Assembly (NCBI GenBank): GCA_964402425.1
Contig: CAYOCD010000005.1
Span: 6,064 to 70,063, forward strand
From: an uncultured Gammaproteobacteria bacterium
GTDB lineage: Bacteria > Patescibacteriota > Patescibacteriia > UBA9934 > GWF2-40-263
Direction of reading: 5' to 3'
Length of the DNA stretch: 64,000 nucleotides
Shown: positions 10,023 to 20,054 of the stretch, piece by piece
Layout: every line of letters starts with the position of its first letter
Numbering within the stretch: position 1 is the first letter of the stretch
Notes under the pieces: model-generated
The model's database searches: none
The model's input: only the letters and a program-made list of their open reading frames with translations
Told to the model about the DNA's origin: nothing
Made by a program: the position numbers and the translations under genes

Positions 10023-10294
10023 AATTCCGATTTTGGATTCTACCAAGTTTGATCGTTCTTCTCGTAATTCGGATTTATCAGAAGACCTTGTCTTTTGACC
10101 ATGGTCTCATGAAGTTGTTTTACCCCAATGGGTATTGTCGATTTTATCCAACCTGTTCAGAGTACGGATATAGAGCAATCGAGAAATACGGCCTTATAAA
10201 AGGTGGATGGCTCACCGTGCGACGCATCCTTCGATGTAATCCGTTTAATAAAGGGGGAATCGACGAGGTTCCTGAACAAAAACACAGACATTAA
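10019..10294 (+). CDS. yidD: membrane protein insertion efficiency factor YidD
   Basis: Conserved motif [20 protein letters not shown]; 4-nt overlap with rnpA. Confidence 0.85.
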   Translation: MKFRFWILPSLIVLLVIRIYQKTLSFDHGLMKLFYPNGYCRFYPTCSEYGYRAIEKYGLIKGGWLTVRRILRCNPFNKGGIDEVPEQKHRH

Positions 10295-10310
10295 AGTCTG
10301 TGTTTTTGTT
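10282..10310 (+). terminator. rho-independent terminator after yidD (no yidC follows)
   Basis: ACACAGAC-ATTAAA-GTCTGTGT followed by TTTTGTT. Confidence 0.6.
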
Positions 10311-10351
10311 ATCCACAGACAAAAGTCTTATGTGGATAATGTGTTGATGAA

Positions 10352-11071
10352 CTATTTTTCCCAAAGCATTTCAAACATTTCTTTAAAAATATCCACCATA
10401 CTTGGCACTTCAATCACAACCGCAAGTGCGGTTTGGTCTGGGTTTACAACAAGAATCTTGTCGTCAAAGATATCCATCGTACTTTTAAATGTATGATTCT
10501 TGGGTAATACACGAACGTCTCGTAGAAGTTTTGTATCATCAGGACTTGCCTTAATAGAGTCTGCAGAGAGGAGAATACGAGTTTTGATCTTTGCATTTGC
10601 ACGATCGAACCGAAATTTCTGAAAAAAATCCGGATCAATTCCCTCCCAGGCTGTTGCACTTCCGATGGCAGAGTAGGATTTCCCTTTATATTCAACCAGA
10701 ATTCCTGTGTAAAAACGTTCAAGCTCCTGTTTGGTTTCAATAAAACGTAAGCCGACCGTTGAAACAGTTTGTTTCTCGATCGTTTTTAGTTCCGGAATGA
10801 TCGCCTCAAAGGATTCGAGGCGCTTTTCATATTGTCCGGCCACTTTATCAGGCTTTTCTGCTCGATAGAGTCTTTTTGATTTATGGAAATATGTAGAAGC
10901 AAAGCCTTTTTCATGCAAAGACTTAAGGATTGGATAAATTGTGGTGCGTTTAACTCCAACTTCTTTGGAAAGGGCGATGGCATTTCCTCCCCCAATCTTA
11001 AGTAAAGCAAGATATGTTCCAGCTTCATCTTCTGTTAACCCGAGGGTTTGAAGGGTAGAAATATGTGACAT
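10352..11071 (-). CDS. TrmB-family transcriptional regulator (winged HTH)
   Basis: N-terminus MSHISTLQTLGLTEDEAGTYLALLKIGGGNAIALSKEVGVKRTTIYPILKSLHEKGF is typical of TrmB; a paralog is at 38450. Confidence 0.75.
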   Translation of the reverse strand: MSHISTLQTLGLTEDEAGTYLALLKIGGGNAIALSKEVGVKRTTIYPILKSLHEKGFASTYFHKSKRLYRAEKPDKVAGQYEKRLESFEAIIPELKTIEKQTVSTVGLRFIETKQELERFYTGILVEYKGKSYSAIGSATAWEGIDPDFFQKFRFDRANAKIKTRILLSADSIKASPDDTKLLRDVRVLPKNHTFKSTMDIFDDKILVVNPDQTALAVVIEVPSMVDIFKEMFEMLWEK

Positions 11072-11116
11072 ATTTGTATGTCAAAATTTTACAACGTAAT
11101 TAATCTATTGTCAAGC

Positions 11117-11136
11117 TTTATCTAAATTTAGATAAA
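11117..11136. promoter_or_regulatory. perfect 20-bp palindrome TTTATCTAAATTTAGATAAA (candidate TrmB operator)
   Basis: Abuts the -35 (TTGACA, minus strand 11115-11110) of the divergent TrmB gene and lies 28 nt upstream of the -35 of the + strand gene pair. Confidence 0.55.
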
Positions 11137-11162
11137 ATATTTGCTAATTATGTCAGGAATCA

Positions 11163-11191
11163 TTGACAAAAAGGCAAAAAAGAGGTAAACT
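11163..11191 (+). promoter_or_regulatory. sigma70-like promoter for the 11295 gene
   Basis: TTGACA-17 nt-TAAACT. Confidence 0.5.
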
Positions 11192-11238
11192 GATGTCATC
11201 AAGAATGAGAGAGCGATAAGGAATCGCACCTCACTTGA

Positions 11239-11294
11239 GGAGAGAGTTCATTCGAAACAAGTCCTGACATTTAACGATCAGGCAAGGAGAAAAG
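11239..11294 (+). promoter_or_regulatory. conserved structured 5' leader, copy 1
   Basis: GGAGAGAGTTCATTCGAAACAAGTCCTGAC-ATTTAAC-GATCAGGCAAGGAGAAAAG-ATG; hairpin CCTGA/TCAGG directly 5' of the AAGGAG RBS; near-identical to 11730-11784. Confidence 0.5.
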
Positions 11295-11630
11295 ATGGAT
11301 AAGCATTTTGTCTTTTCTGTGTTCTCATCTGATTTTAGGGTGATTAACGGGGTGTTGCATACCTATGAGACGTGCCCATGCTCCATTAAATTTCCAAAAA
11401 ACAAGGAGGAGAAAGGGGTCTTCGTTCAGAAAATTACCGATTCGTTAAGAGAACTTGGGTTTTCTAAAGTAGTGGTTCACTATAGCCATTATAAAAACCC
11501 AATATTTGGTCCTGATCATTCTCTTTACGATCTCAGAGAATATATTCCCACTGCTCGGGGATCTTGCACAAGAATGCCCATACTCCCCGATTTGATCGAG
11601 ACAGAGTTCGATATGGGGAAACAGTCCTAA
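11295..11630 (+). CDS. hypothetical protein (111 aa)
   Basis: ORF with AAGGAG RBS 6 nt upstream; no recognisable family. Confidence 0.5.
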   Translation: MDKHFVFSVFSSDFRVINGVLHTYETCPCSIKFPKNKEEKGVFVQKITDSLRELGFSKVVVHYSHYKNPIFGPDHSLYDLREYIPTARGSCTRMPILPDLIETEFDMGKQS

Positions 11631-11729
11631 CCCATCGGACATTAAACCGAATTGAGTACACGACACTCGTGCTCTTTGGATGATGGGTTCCCTTCTGGGA
11701 TGATCAGTGGGTGCTGGTCAATCGAGATT

Positions 11730-11784
11730 GGAGAGAGTTCATTCAAAAAAGTCCTGACGTATGAAGATCAGGCAAGGAGAAGAA
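11730..11784 (+). promoter_or_regulatory. conserved structured 5' leader, copy 2
   Basis: GGAGAGAGTTCATTCAAAAAAGTCCTGAC-GTATGAA-GATCAGGCAAGGAGAAGAA-ATG; same stem, different loop. Confidence 0.5.
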
Positions 11785-12354
11785 ATGTTCAACGACAAAC
11801 GTGCCTATGCAAAGTTTCAAATCGAAAAGGCCGGCAAACACATGCAGGTCGTTACGTTTGAGCAGATTGAGGAGTTGCTCGGTGTGCAATTCAACGATGC
11901 TGTTTTACGCGAACATTTTAATCACGGGATTCGGTTGGGTGAATCCGAACTCCGTTTGTTTGGAGACACACACATTCTCATGCCAGGATTCCCCATCTCT
12001 ATCAACGACATGGAGTACAGCGAACAATGGAATAAGATGACGTGTCGATCCGCAGAGTTGGGTGGGTGGATCCTGATGCGTAAGACTCCGGCCAAATTTG
12101 GAACACCCATTCTGGCCGGAGAGTCCATTGCAAACATCCACGACGTCTTCTATGTGGACTTCATTCACAAGAAGCTCTTTGGGAAGCCACTGTTCGATTT
12201 CAATGGGTATGAAACCATTCGAACGTCGGACACGTGGGAACCGTTTTGCAAGTGTCGCGCCGGGTACAACCAATATCCAGATCGACGCAATCGCATTGAA
12301 GAGTTGAGTGAAACAGTTAGCAAAGACGACTTCATGGTGTATGTCATGAAGTAA
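11785..12354 (+). CDS. hypothetical protein (190 aa)
   Basis: Start set at the ATG after AGGAGAAGAA by analogy with copy 1; the in-frame ATG at 11761 lies inside the leader hairpin loop. No recognisable family. Confidence 0.5.
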   Translation: MFNDKRAYAKFQIEKAGKHMQVVTFEQIEELLGVQFNDAVLREHFNHGIRLGESELRLFGDTHILMPGFPISINDMEYSEQWNKMTCRSAELGGWILMRKTPAKFGTPILAGESIANIHDVFYVDFIHKKLFGKPLFDFNGYETIRTSDTWEPFCKCRAGYNQYPDRRNRIEELSETVSKDDFMVYVMK

Positions 12355-12360
12355 TCAATC

Positions 12361-12405
12361 AAAAACTGCGCGCACAGAAACGAATCTGTGCGCGCTATTT
12401 TATTT
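12361..12405. terminator. bidirectional terminator
   Basis: GCGCGCACAGA-AACGAA-TCTGTGCGCGC 11-bp stem flanked by AAAAA and TATTTTATTT. Confidence 0.65.
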
Positions 12406-12625
12406 CCACTTGTTTAATTCTTGTCGTCTTTCCTCTCACAATCTCGATCAAAGACTTTGCCACACCAAGATCCTCGGATAACACCTCCATAACAGCATCA
12501 TTCGCCTTGCCCTTCTCTGCAATCGCTGTGACGGAGATCTTTGCCGTTTCTTCATCAATCCATTCGATAGAGTTCTTTCGAGATCTTGGTTTTACGTGAA
12601 CTGTTATGATCACATGTATATTCAT
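12395..12625 (-). CDS. DUF167 (YggU/UPF0235) family protein
   Basis: MNIHVIITVHVKPRSRKNSIEWIDEE...; start at the internal Met (the longer ORF reaches 12670). Confidence 0.55.
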   Translation of the reverse strand: MNIHVIITVHVKPRSRKNSIEWIDEETAKISVTAIAEKGKANDAVMEVLSEDLGVAKSLIEIVRGKTTRIKQVEIK

Positions 12626-12676
12626 CGAGCTTGTCGAGATGCAAGCATGGCAGGTTTTCGACAAGCTCAAACGATA

Positions 12677-13522
12677 TTATTTGTTAATGTTGTTTCTCCA
12701 TTTTTGTAGCATTTTTACTTCCTTTGCACGAATATCATCGTCAGGGGTTTCGAGAAGTAAATCCACGTGTTGAAGATCAGAATGTTGTGTAAATAACTTT
12801 ATTCCCTGTTTACCGATAAGGCCATCGCCAATTTGTTCGTGACGATCTTTGTGACCATTCAGCTCGATTTTGGAGTCATTAACATGAGAGGCCACAATCT
12901 TTTTTATCCCTACAGTCTTTTTCATGATCACAACCAGCTCATTAAGTGTTGCTGGTGTGCGAATATCATAACCACTCGCAAATCCATGTTGGGTGTCATA
13001 ACAAATACCAATTTCCTTTCCGCGCTCAGCACCATGAATAAAAGCAGCAAGCTCTTCGAAATTATCTCCCATCACCATTCCAGCTCCAGCAGAATTCTCT
13101 ATCAGAAGTTGGCAGGTTCCTGTATAACCGTCCAGAATTCTGTTTAGGCCTTCAATCACCATTATCTCTGCTTCTTTTTGAGAAACATCTTTTGCAGAAC
13201 CTGGGTGAAACATCATTCCTTTAATACCAAGCTTACTTCCGCGTTCGAGTTCCTGCCGTAATATGGAATGAGAACCAAGACGGATGCGTGTTTCTGCGGA
13301 TGCAAGATTAATAATGTAAGGCGCGTGAATGTATGCGCTTTTGATTTTGTATTCCTTCATGGTTTGTTGAAACAGTTTTGCATCTTCATCTGTAATATCT
13401 TTTATATTTCCCCCTTGCGGTGGGCGTGAAAAAAATTGGAATGTTTCGCATCCAATCTCACCTGCATTTTTTGGACCATTCCAAAGTCCTCCAGCGGCCG
13501 ATACATGTGCTCCGACAGACAT
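12677..13522 (-). CDS. nfo: endonuclease IV (AP endonuclease family 2)
   Basis: 281 aa; ...AYIHAPYIINLAS...GMMFHPGS...ICYDTQHGFASGYD... Confidence 0.88.
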   Translation of the reverse strand: MSVGAHVSAAGGLWNGPKNAGEIGCETFQFFSRPPQGGNIKDITDEDAKLFQQTMKEYKIKSAYIHAPYIINLASAETRIRLGSHSILRQELERGSKLGIKGMMFHPGSAKDVSQKEAEIMVIEGLNRILDGYTGTCQLLIENSAGAGMVMGDNFEELAAFIHGAERGKEIGICYDTQHGFASGYDIRTPATLNELVVIMKKTVGIKKIVASHVNDSKIELNGHKDRHEQIGDGLIGKQGIKLFTQHSDLQHVDLLLETPDDDIRAKEVKMLQKWRNNINK

Positions 13523-13568
13523 AAAACAAAAGTAATGGCTTTTAATGCCATTACTTTATCATACGTTA

Positions 13569-14861
13569 TTACATTTTCACCACAACACTCTTCACAAGCT
13601 CAATTACCTTTCGGTTCAGGACAACTTGTTCAAAGTATTGGCGATATTCTGGAGAGTAGATGCGTTTCTTGTCTTCTGCGTCTTCATAACGCGCAGCGGA
13701 TTCATCGAGTTCTTTGTCGAGTTCTTCATCACTTACCGTTAAGTTTTCACGTTTTGCAATCTCACGCATCGCAATCGCTACTTTAATGCGCATGAGAGCT
13801 TGCGGAGTAAAATCAAGTTTCACTTGTGAGAGATCTTTTTTGAGTGATTGGATATATTTTTCAAAATCCATTCCTTGTTCTTCTACACGTGCTTTTAATT
13901 CACGGAGCATTTTTTCAATTTCTTCATTCAAGAGAAGATCTGGAATGTTTTCAAATTGTGTTTTGTTTGCAATGAGCTCGAGTGCTTCTTTTTCTTGGCG
14001 CATGCCTTCTTCACGAACTTTTTCATCCAAAAGATTTTTGTGAATAAGTTCTTTCATCATCGCAAAATCTTTTAAGCCAAGTGATTGTGCAAAAGCATCA
14101 TCCATTTGCGGAGGTTCAAGATGAAAAAGTTCTTTTAAAACAACATCAAAGTCAACATTTTGTCCGGCAAGAAATTCTTGTGCGTGTTCTGCGGGAAAAG
14201 AAAGGGTAAATGTTTTTGATTCTCCTTCTTTGAGTCCGATAAGCTGTTCTTTAAAACCAGGAATGTAATACTCTTCAGCAAGATATACGGCGTGATTTGG
14301 AGATTGTCCTCCTTCAATTGGCACACCAGCTTTTTTCATGTCCATGGAAATCACAGCCTTATCTGTTTCTTTTACAACCGAACCTGCTTCTGCGCGCACT
14401 TCTCGTGTTTGCATGCGTGTGAGATCTTTGAGAGCGAGTTCAATATCATGTTCAGCAATTTCCGGAATTTTTCCTTGAACGGACATCGTTTTAAAATCCG
14501 CAAGTTCTTTTATGGCTGGCATACGGACGACTTCTGCGGTAAAGACCAGTTCGTTTCCTGCGGCCATTTTTTCAACATCGATTTTTGGAGAACCAACAGT
14601 ATCGATTTCGTTTTTTAAAATAGCTTCAATGAAATAGGTGCGTACGATTTTTTCAAGCGCTTCTTCCATGATTTTTGCTTCTCCAACGCGTTGTTTCACA
14701 ATTTCATATCCCGCTTTTCCTGGACGGAATCCTGGAATGGTTGAGTGTTCAGAAATGTGTTCCGCAGCAGCTTCAAGGAATGGTTGTTGTTCGGAAACAG
14801 AGACTGTAAACGTAAGTTTAACATGTCCTTTTTCTTGTTCCTCAATTTGAATATTTGGCAT
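13569..14861 (-). CDS. tig: trigger factor
   Basis: 430 aa; N-terminal MPNIQIEEQEKGHVKLTFTVSVSEQQ...IPGFRPGKAG... ribosome-binding signature. Confidence 0.9.
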   Translation of the reverse strand: MPNIQIEEQEKGHVKLTFTVSVSEQQPFLEAAAEHISEHSTIPGFRPGKAGYEIVKQRVGEAKIMEEALEKIVRTYFIEAILKNEIDTVGSPKIDVEKMAAGNELVFTAEVVRMPAIKELADFKTMSVQGKIPEIAEHDIELALKDLTRMQTREVRAEAGSVVKETDKAVISMDMKKAGVPIEGGQSPNHAVYLAEEYYIPGFKEQLIGLKEGESKTFTLSFPAEHAQEFLAGQNVDFDVVLKELFHLEPPQMDDAFAQSLGLKDFAMMKELIHKNLLDEKVREEGMRQEKEALELIANKTQFENIPDLLLNEEIEKMLRELKARVEEQGMDFEKYIQSLKKDLSQVKLDFTPQALMRIKVAIAMREIAKRENLTVSDEELDKELDESAARYEDAEDKKRIYSPEYRQYFEQVVLNRKVIELVKSVVVKM

Positions 14862-14979
14862 AATTTTGGAGTGAATTTCTGCGAAAGTGTAACGAAGTTA
14901 GAGGATTGTGTCAATGTGATTGTTATGAAAGAGAGAAACAAAAATCGACCCACAGAGAGTGGATCGATTTTATTTTTTC

Positions 14980-16971
14980 TTAGACGAGGAATCCTACAAT
15001 GAGCAATGCAACAATGTTCAAAATTTTGATCATTGGGTTGATGGCAGGTCCTGCTGTGTCTTTGTATGGGTCCCCTACTGTGTCTCCTGTGACAGCTGCT
15101 TTATGTGCGTTTGATCCTTTTCCTCCATGATTTCCAGATTCAATATATTTCTTTGCGTTGTCCCAAGCTCCACCACCCGTTGTCATAGAGATTGCCATGA
15201 AGAGACCTGTGACAATAGAACCAATGAGAAGTCCTCCAAGAGCTTTTGGTCCAAAGGCGAATCCAACAACGATTGGTGCAAACACAGCGAGCAAGGAAGG
15301 AGCAATCATGTAGTTGATGGCTGCTTTTGTTACGATGTCTACAGCTTTTGCGTAATCTGGTTTTCCGGTTCCATCCATGATTCCTGGAATTTCACGGAAT
15401 TGACGACGAACTTCTTCTACAACAGAACCAGCAGCTTTTCCTACGGATTCCATGGCAAGAGCGGCAAACAAATAGGTGACAAGTCCACCAAGGAAGAGTC
15501 CGGAAAGTACGTACGGATCACTGATTTCAAAGACGACGAGTGAACCTTTTGCTGCAAGGGCATGAACGTAATCTCCAAAGAGAACGACCGTTGCAAGTCC
15601 TGCGGAACCAATTGCATATGCCTTGGTTACTGCTTTTGTTGTATTTCCAACGGCATCGAGTGGATCTGTAACATTACGAACGTCTTCTCCAAGATCGGCC
15701 ATTTCTGCGATTCCACCTGCGTTGTCTGTGATTGGACCAAAAGCGTCAATGGCGACAACAATTCCAGTGAGAGACAACATGGCCATTGCGGCAATCGCAA
15801 CACCATAAAGTCCAGCAAGAGAGTTAGCGATCAAAATTCCAAAGACAATGGTTAAAACAGGATACGCGGTTGATTTCATGGAAAGTGCGAGTCCTGCGAT
15901 GATGTTTGTTCCGTGTCCAGATTCAGATGCGGCTGCAAGATCTTTTACAGGTTGGTGATTTGTTCCTGTGTAATATTCTGTAATCAAGATCATGGCTGCT
16001 GTGATAACGAGTCCAAGAAGTGCAGAATAATAAACGTTCATAACGTTTAATCCTTCAATGCCTGCAAGCAAATATTTTGTAGCTGGATAAAAGGCGATGG
16101 CTGCAAGTGCTCCTGCAACAAACAATCCTTTATAAAGTGCATTCATGATGTTGCCATCTTTTCCAATTTTGATGAAAAGGGTTCCAACAATAGAACACAC
16201 GATTGCAATGGCTCCAAGAGCGATTGGATACATGATGGCTTGAGGGCTGTTTGCAAACAAGAGAGCTCCGAGCAACATGGCTGCAACAGATGTTACAGCG
16301 TATGTTTCAAACAAGTCTGCTGCCATTCCTGCACAGTCTCCAACGTTGTCTCCAACGTTGTCTGCAATAACCGCTGGGTTACGTGGGTCATCTTCAGGAA
16401 TACCTGCTTCTGTTTTTCCAACCAAGTCTGCTCCAACGTCTGCGGCTTTGGTAAAAATTCCTCCACCCAAACGTGCAAATACAGAGATGAGAGATCCTCC
16501 GAATCCAAGTCCGATGAGTGCGTTAATGTCTTGTGTCACCATGTAAAAAAGAGTGACTCCAAGAAGAGCGAGTCCAACAACGAAAAAACCTGTTACAACT
16601 CCACCACGGACAGCAACGTTCATAGCGGCAGAGAGTCCGGTTTTTGCCGCTTCTGTTGTACGAACGTTAGCTCGAACAGAGACAGACATTCCAATAAAAC
16701 CTGCGAGTCCAGATAAGACGGCTCCAACAAGGAATCCGATCGCAAGAGTCCATCCGAGTGCGTATACAAGAACGAAGAAAACAACAAGACCAATCAGACC
16801 AATCATTTTATATTGGCGCGCCATGTAAGCATTTGCGCCTTCTTGAATGGCAAGGGCAATTCCCTTCATTTTTCCTTCTCCGGCAGGAAGTTTTAAAATC
16901 CACTGAGTAAGATAAGCTCCGTAAATAAGAGCAAGCAAGCTTGCCCCTATGGCGTACATCGAAATATTCAT
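14980..16971 (-). CDS. hppA: membrane-bound H+/Na+-translocating pyrophosphatase
   Basis: 663 aa polytopic; [13 protein letters not shown] and DNVGDNVGD motifs. The many antisense ORFs inside it are compositional artefacts. Confidence 0.92.
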   Translation of the reverse strand: MNISMYAIGASLLALIYGAYLTQWILKLPAGEGKMKGIALAIQEGANAYMARQYKMIGLIGLVVFFVLVYALGWTLAIGFLVGAVLSGLAGFIGMSVSVRANVRTTEAAKTGLSAAMNVAVRGGVVTGFFVVGLALLGVTLFYMVTQDINALIGLGFGGSLISVFARLGGGIFTKAADVGADLVGKTEAGIPEDDPRNPAVIADNVGDNVGDCAGMAADLFETYAVTSVAAMLLGALLFANSPQAIMYPIALGAIAIVCSIVGTLFIKIGKDGNIMNALYKGLFVAGALAAIAFYPATKYLLAGIEGLNVMNVYYSALLGLVITAAMILITEYYTGTNHQPVKDLAAASESGHGTNIIAGLALSMKSTAYPVLTIVFGILIANSLAGLYGVAIAAMAMLSLTGIVVAIDAFGPITDNAGGIAEMADLGEDVRNVTDPLDAVGNTTKAVTKAYAIGSAGLATVVLFGDYVHALAAKGSLVVFEISDPYVLSGLFLGGLVTYLFAALAMESVGKAAGSVVEEVRRQFREIPGIMDGTGKPDYAKAVDIVTKAAINYMIAPSLLAVFAPIVVGFAFGPKALGGLLIGSIVTGLFMAISMTTGGGAWDNAKKYIESGNHGGKGSNAHKAAVTGDTVGDPYKDTAGPAINPMIKILNIVALLIVGFLV

Positions 16972-17214
16972 AAGATGTGTGCGGAAATGAAAATGACTAA
17001 AAACATGAGGCTATCGTAATGAGGTCTGTGCATTTTGTCAACGATTTTTCCATGGAAGAAATACGTTTTTTTATTTAATTTTAGCTGTAAAATACAAAAA
17101 AAAGTTTGACAAAACAGGAAAAAAAGCCTATAGTTCTAGTCACAAATTGCCCATAATGCATTTTTTATCAAACTTTCCATCAAACATTTTTTTGTTCGAT
17201 CAGCGCTCGTTGTT

Positions 17215-18453
17215 TTGCGATCTTTGATCATAGTCAAGCGGGTTGGAAAACCAATCGTTTTGGCTGTTGGACAACCGTTTAAGACGGTTGGGATTATTTT
17301 GATAAAATCAATCGGTGTTCCTGCTTATCGTGGAATATTTTTCATTCGTAGATTGGTTCACACAATTCTTCTTCCAGCGAAACATCGTTTTTTTTATTTG
17401 CTTTCAAATCGTTATACCATTCACATATTAATGATTGTTATTGTTGGAATTATTGGAGTGACAAATTTTCAAACACGTAATGTTCGCGCAGAGACATTTG
17501 GACAAAAAAGTATTTTGTATGCACTTGTGTCTGTTGACGATTCTGAAACCGTTGAGGTTGTGGAGGCGGGAAAATCCGTTTTAATTCCCGGAGGATCATC
17601 TAGTTATTTTGCGGATATTGCGCTTGATACACGTACACAATTTCAACAAGACGAATTTGATCAGGTGACAAAACCCACCCAAACCCCAACGACACAAACA
17701 CGCTCGTCTGTTGAAACGTATGTTGTAAAAGAAGGTGATACGCTTGGAAAAATTTCTGTGCGTTTTCAGTTAAGTATCAGTACAATTCTTTCAGCAAACG
17801 GGCTTACACTTCGCAGTACAATTCGTCCGGGTGATACACTCAAAATTCTTCCAGAAGATGGAATAATGTATAAGGTAAAAAGTGGCGATACTCTTTCTCG
17901 CATCGCACAAAAATATGATATTGGCGTACAAGATATCGCAACCGCTAATCAACTTCCTACAACGGTTGCTTTAAAAATTGGAGAAGAACTTCTCTTGCCG
18001 GGTGCAACAGCTATTGCTCCTCCGGCAGCAATTGCACGTGTACCTGTGAGTGTAAAAAACATCATTACAAAAACTCCTTCCCCAGCCCCAACAAGCACTG
18101 GATGGGTGTGGCCAACAAACTGGCACATCATTACGCAATATTATGGATGGAAACACACGGGAATTGATGTGGATGGAGACTATTCAACCTTTAGTATTGC
18201 GGCAAATGACGGTGTTGTAAGTTACGCAGGTTGGCGCACAGGTTATGGATTAACGGTTGAAGTGGATCATGGAAATGGTTTGAAGACACGATATGCACAC
18301 AATTCAAAGATTTTTGTGGGAGCGGGAGATGTCGTTGCTGCGGGTGAGCGTTTAGCACAAACAGGAACAACGGGACGTTCAACGGGAACACACTTGCACT
18401 TTGAGGTGATTTTGAACGGTAAATTCCAAAATCCACTGTCGTACGTTCGTTAA
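17215..18453 (+). CDS. LysM-LysM-M23 family metallopeptidase (peptidoglycan hydrolase)
   Basis: Two LysM repeats (YVVKEGDTLGKISVRF..., YKVKSGDTLSRIAQKY...) and M23 motifs (HTGIDV...GTTGRSTGTHLHFEV). Start uncertain; alternative ATG at 17431. Confidence 0.85.
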   Translation: MRSLIIVKRVGKPIVLAVGQPFKTVGIILIKSIGVPAYRGIFFIRRLVHTILLPAKHRFFYLLSNRYTIHILMIVIVGIIGVTNFQTRNVRAETFGQKSILYALVSVDDSETVEVVEAGKSVLIPGGSSSYFADIALDTRTQFQQDEFDQVTKPTQTPTTQTRSSVETYVVKEGDTLGKISVRFQLSISTILSANGLTLRSTIRPGDTLKILPEDGIMYKVKSGDTLSRIAQKYDIGVQDIATANQLPTTVALKIGEELLLPGATAIAPPAAIARVPVSVKNIITKTPSPAPTSTGWVWPTNWHIITQYYGWKHTGIDVDGDYSTFSIAANDGVVSYAGWRTGYGLTVEVDHGNGLKTRYAHNSKIFVGAGDVVAAGERLAQTGTTGRSTGTHLHFEVILNGKFQNPLSYVR

Positions 18454-19971
18454 TTAATCTTGTTGTAATCGTTGTCCTCTGAATTGTAATGCTTCTGCAA
18501 GATGATGTTCTTCAATGGATTCAGATCCTGCGAGGTCGGCGATGGTGCGTGCAACTTTTCGAATACGAGATGTTGCACGCGGTGAAAGAGATTGAGAATC
18601 AATGGCGAGCGACAAGAGTTTTTTTGCACTTGCTGTCATGGCACAAATTCGTTCAAGAAGTGCGGGTGAAATTTCTGCATTAAGATGACAAGTGGAATCG
18701 AAAAAACGATCCGCTTGTTTTTTTCTTGCATCAAGAATACGTGCACGAATAGAAATAGATGATTCGCCACGCACTTCATTTAAGAGGATCTCTTTTGAGA
18801 GATTGGCAACTTCAATACGTAAATCGAAACGGTCAAGAAGTGGTCCAGAAACACGTTTTTCATAATTTTGTCTTTGGAATGATGTGCAAACGCATCTTCG
18901 TTTTGGGTCGGACGCATATCCACACGGACACGGATTCATGGCGGCGATTAAAAGAAAACGTGCGGGAAATTTTACCGTTGCTTGTGCGCGTGAAATGGTC
19001 ACCGTTCCATCTTCGAGTGGGCCGCGTAAATGCTCAAGAACATGTCGTGGAAATTCAGGGAGTTCATCAAGAAACAGAACACCTCTGTGTGCAAGAGAAA
19101 TCTCCCCTGGTGTTGGCCAGGTTCCGCCACCCACAAGAGAGACGGCTGAGGAAGAATGGTGTGGAGATCGAAAAGGGCGTGTTTCAATAAGTCCATCCGA
19201 AGAAGTAAGTTCGCCCGCAATAGAAGCAATACTTGTGACTTCCATTGATTCTTCTTCTGTAAGCGAAGGAAGAATAGAAGGAAAAGAATGTGCGAGAAGG
19301 GTTTTTCCTGTTCCAGGGGGACCAGATAAAAGAATGTTATGTCCACCCGCAGCAGCGATTTCAAGTCCACGTTTTGCAAAATCCTGTCCTTTAATATAAG
19401 AAAAACAATTTTGTTCTTCTGATTTTTGTTCGCGCCGAATATAAATTGTTTTTGGTATGTTTGCGCGATTGAGCAGATGGTCAATAAGGACGCGTAAGGA
19501 AGAAACGCCATAGACATCCAAATCTTTTATAACAGCTGCTTCTTGTTCATTTTCTTTTGGAACAAACATGATTCGTTTTTGAATATGTCGGGCCATGCGT
19601 GCTGTTGTGAGAATACCTCTCACAGGACGAATAGAACCATCAAGAGCGAGTTCCCCCAAGACCACGGCGTGTTCAAGGGTGTGGGAGGGTATTTCTCCAC
19701 GTGCAACTAAGATAGAAAGTGCGATGGGTAAATCATAAAGCGGACCTTGTTTGCGTAAATCTGCGGGTGCGAGATTGACCGTGATGCGCCCTCGCGGAAA
19801 TGGAAAACCAGTATTTTTGAGGGCTGCGCGGATACGGTCGCGAGATTCTTTGATGGAAGTATCTGGCAATCCAACGATCGTAAAATTATTCATACCGTTT
19901 GAAACATCTGTCTCTACAGTGACTGGTACAGCATCGATTCCAGTTGTTGTGCTTGAAGTGATAGAAAACAT
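18454..19971 (-). CDS. comM: YifB/ComM Mg-chelatase-like AAA+ ATPase
   Basis: 505 aa; Walker A LLSGPPGTGKTLLA; C-terminal ChlI-like domain. Confidence 0.9.
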   Translation of the reverse strand: MFSITSSTTTGIDAVPVTVETDVSNGMNNFTIVGLPDTSIKESRDRIRAALKNTGFPFPRGRITVNLAPADLRKQGPLYDLPIALSILVARGEIPSHTLEHAVVLGELALDGSIRPVRGILTTARMARHIQKRIMFVPKENEQEAAVIKDLDVYGVSSLRVLIDHLLNRANIPKTIYIRREQKSEEQNCFSYIKGQDFAKRGLEIAAAGGHNILLSGPPGTGKTLLAHSFPSILPSLTEEESMEVTSIASIAGELTSSDGLIETRPFRSPHHSSSAVSLVGGGTWPTPGEISLAHRGVLFLDELPEFPRHVLEHLRGPLEDGTVTISRAQATVKFPARFLLIAAMNPCPCGYASDPKRRCVCTSFQRQNYEKRVSGPLLDRFDLRIEVANLSKEILLNEVRGESSISIRARILDARKKQADRFFDSTCHLNAEISPALLERICAMTASAKKLLSLAIDSQSLSPRATSRIRKVARTIADLAGSESIEEHHLAEALQFRGQRLQQD

Positions 19972-19982
19972 AAAATAGAAAT

Positions 19983-20012
19983 AAAAAAAGAACCCCTGAG
20001 GTTGTACTCAGG
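19983..20012 (-). terminator. terminator downstream of lspA
   Basis: Minus-strand CCTGAG-TACAAC-CTCAGG followed by GGTTCTTTTTTTAT. Confidence 0.5.
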
Positions 20013-20054
20013 AGTTCATTTATAGAAATAGGATATCTTATTTTTTTGTCTTTG

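Noticed and set aside
15127-16828. Multiple plus-strand ORFs of 60-160 aa inside hppA
   Set aside because: Antisense to a well-supported 663-aa pyrophosphatase with Cys/Ser-rich nonsense translations; typical GC-skewed antisense frames.
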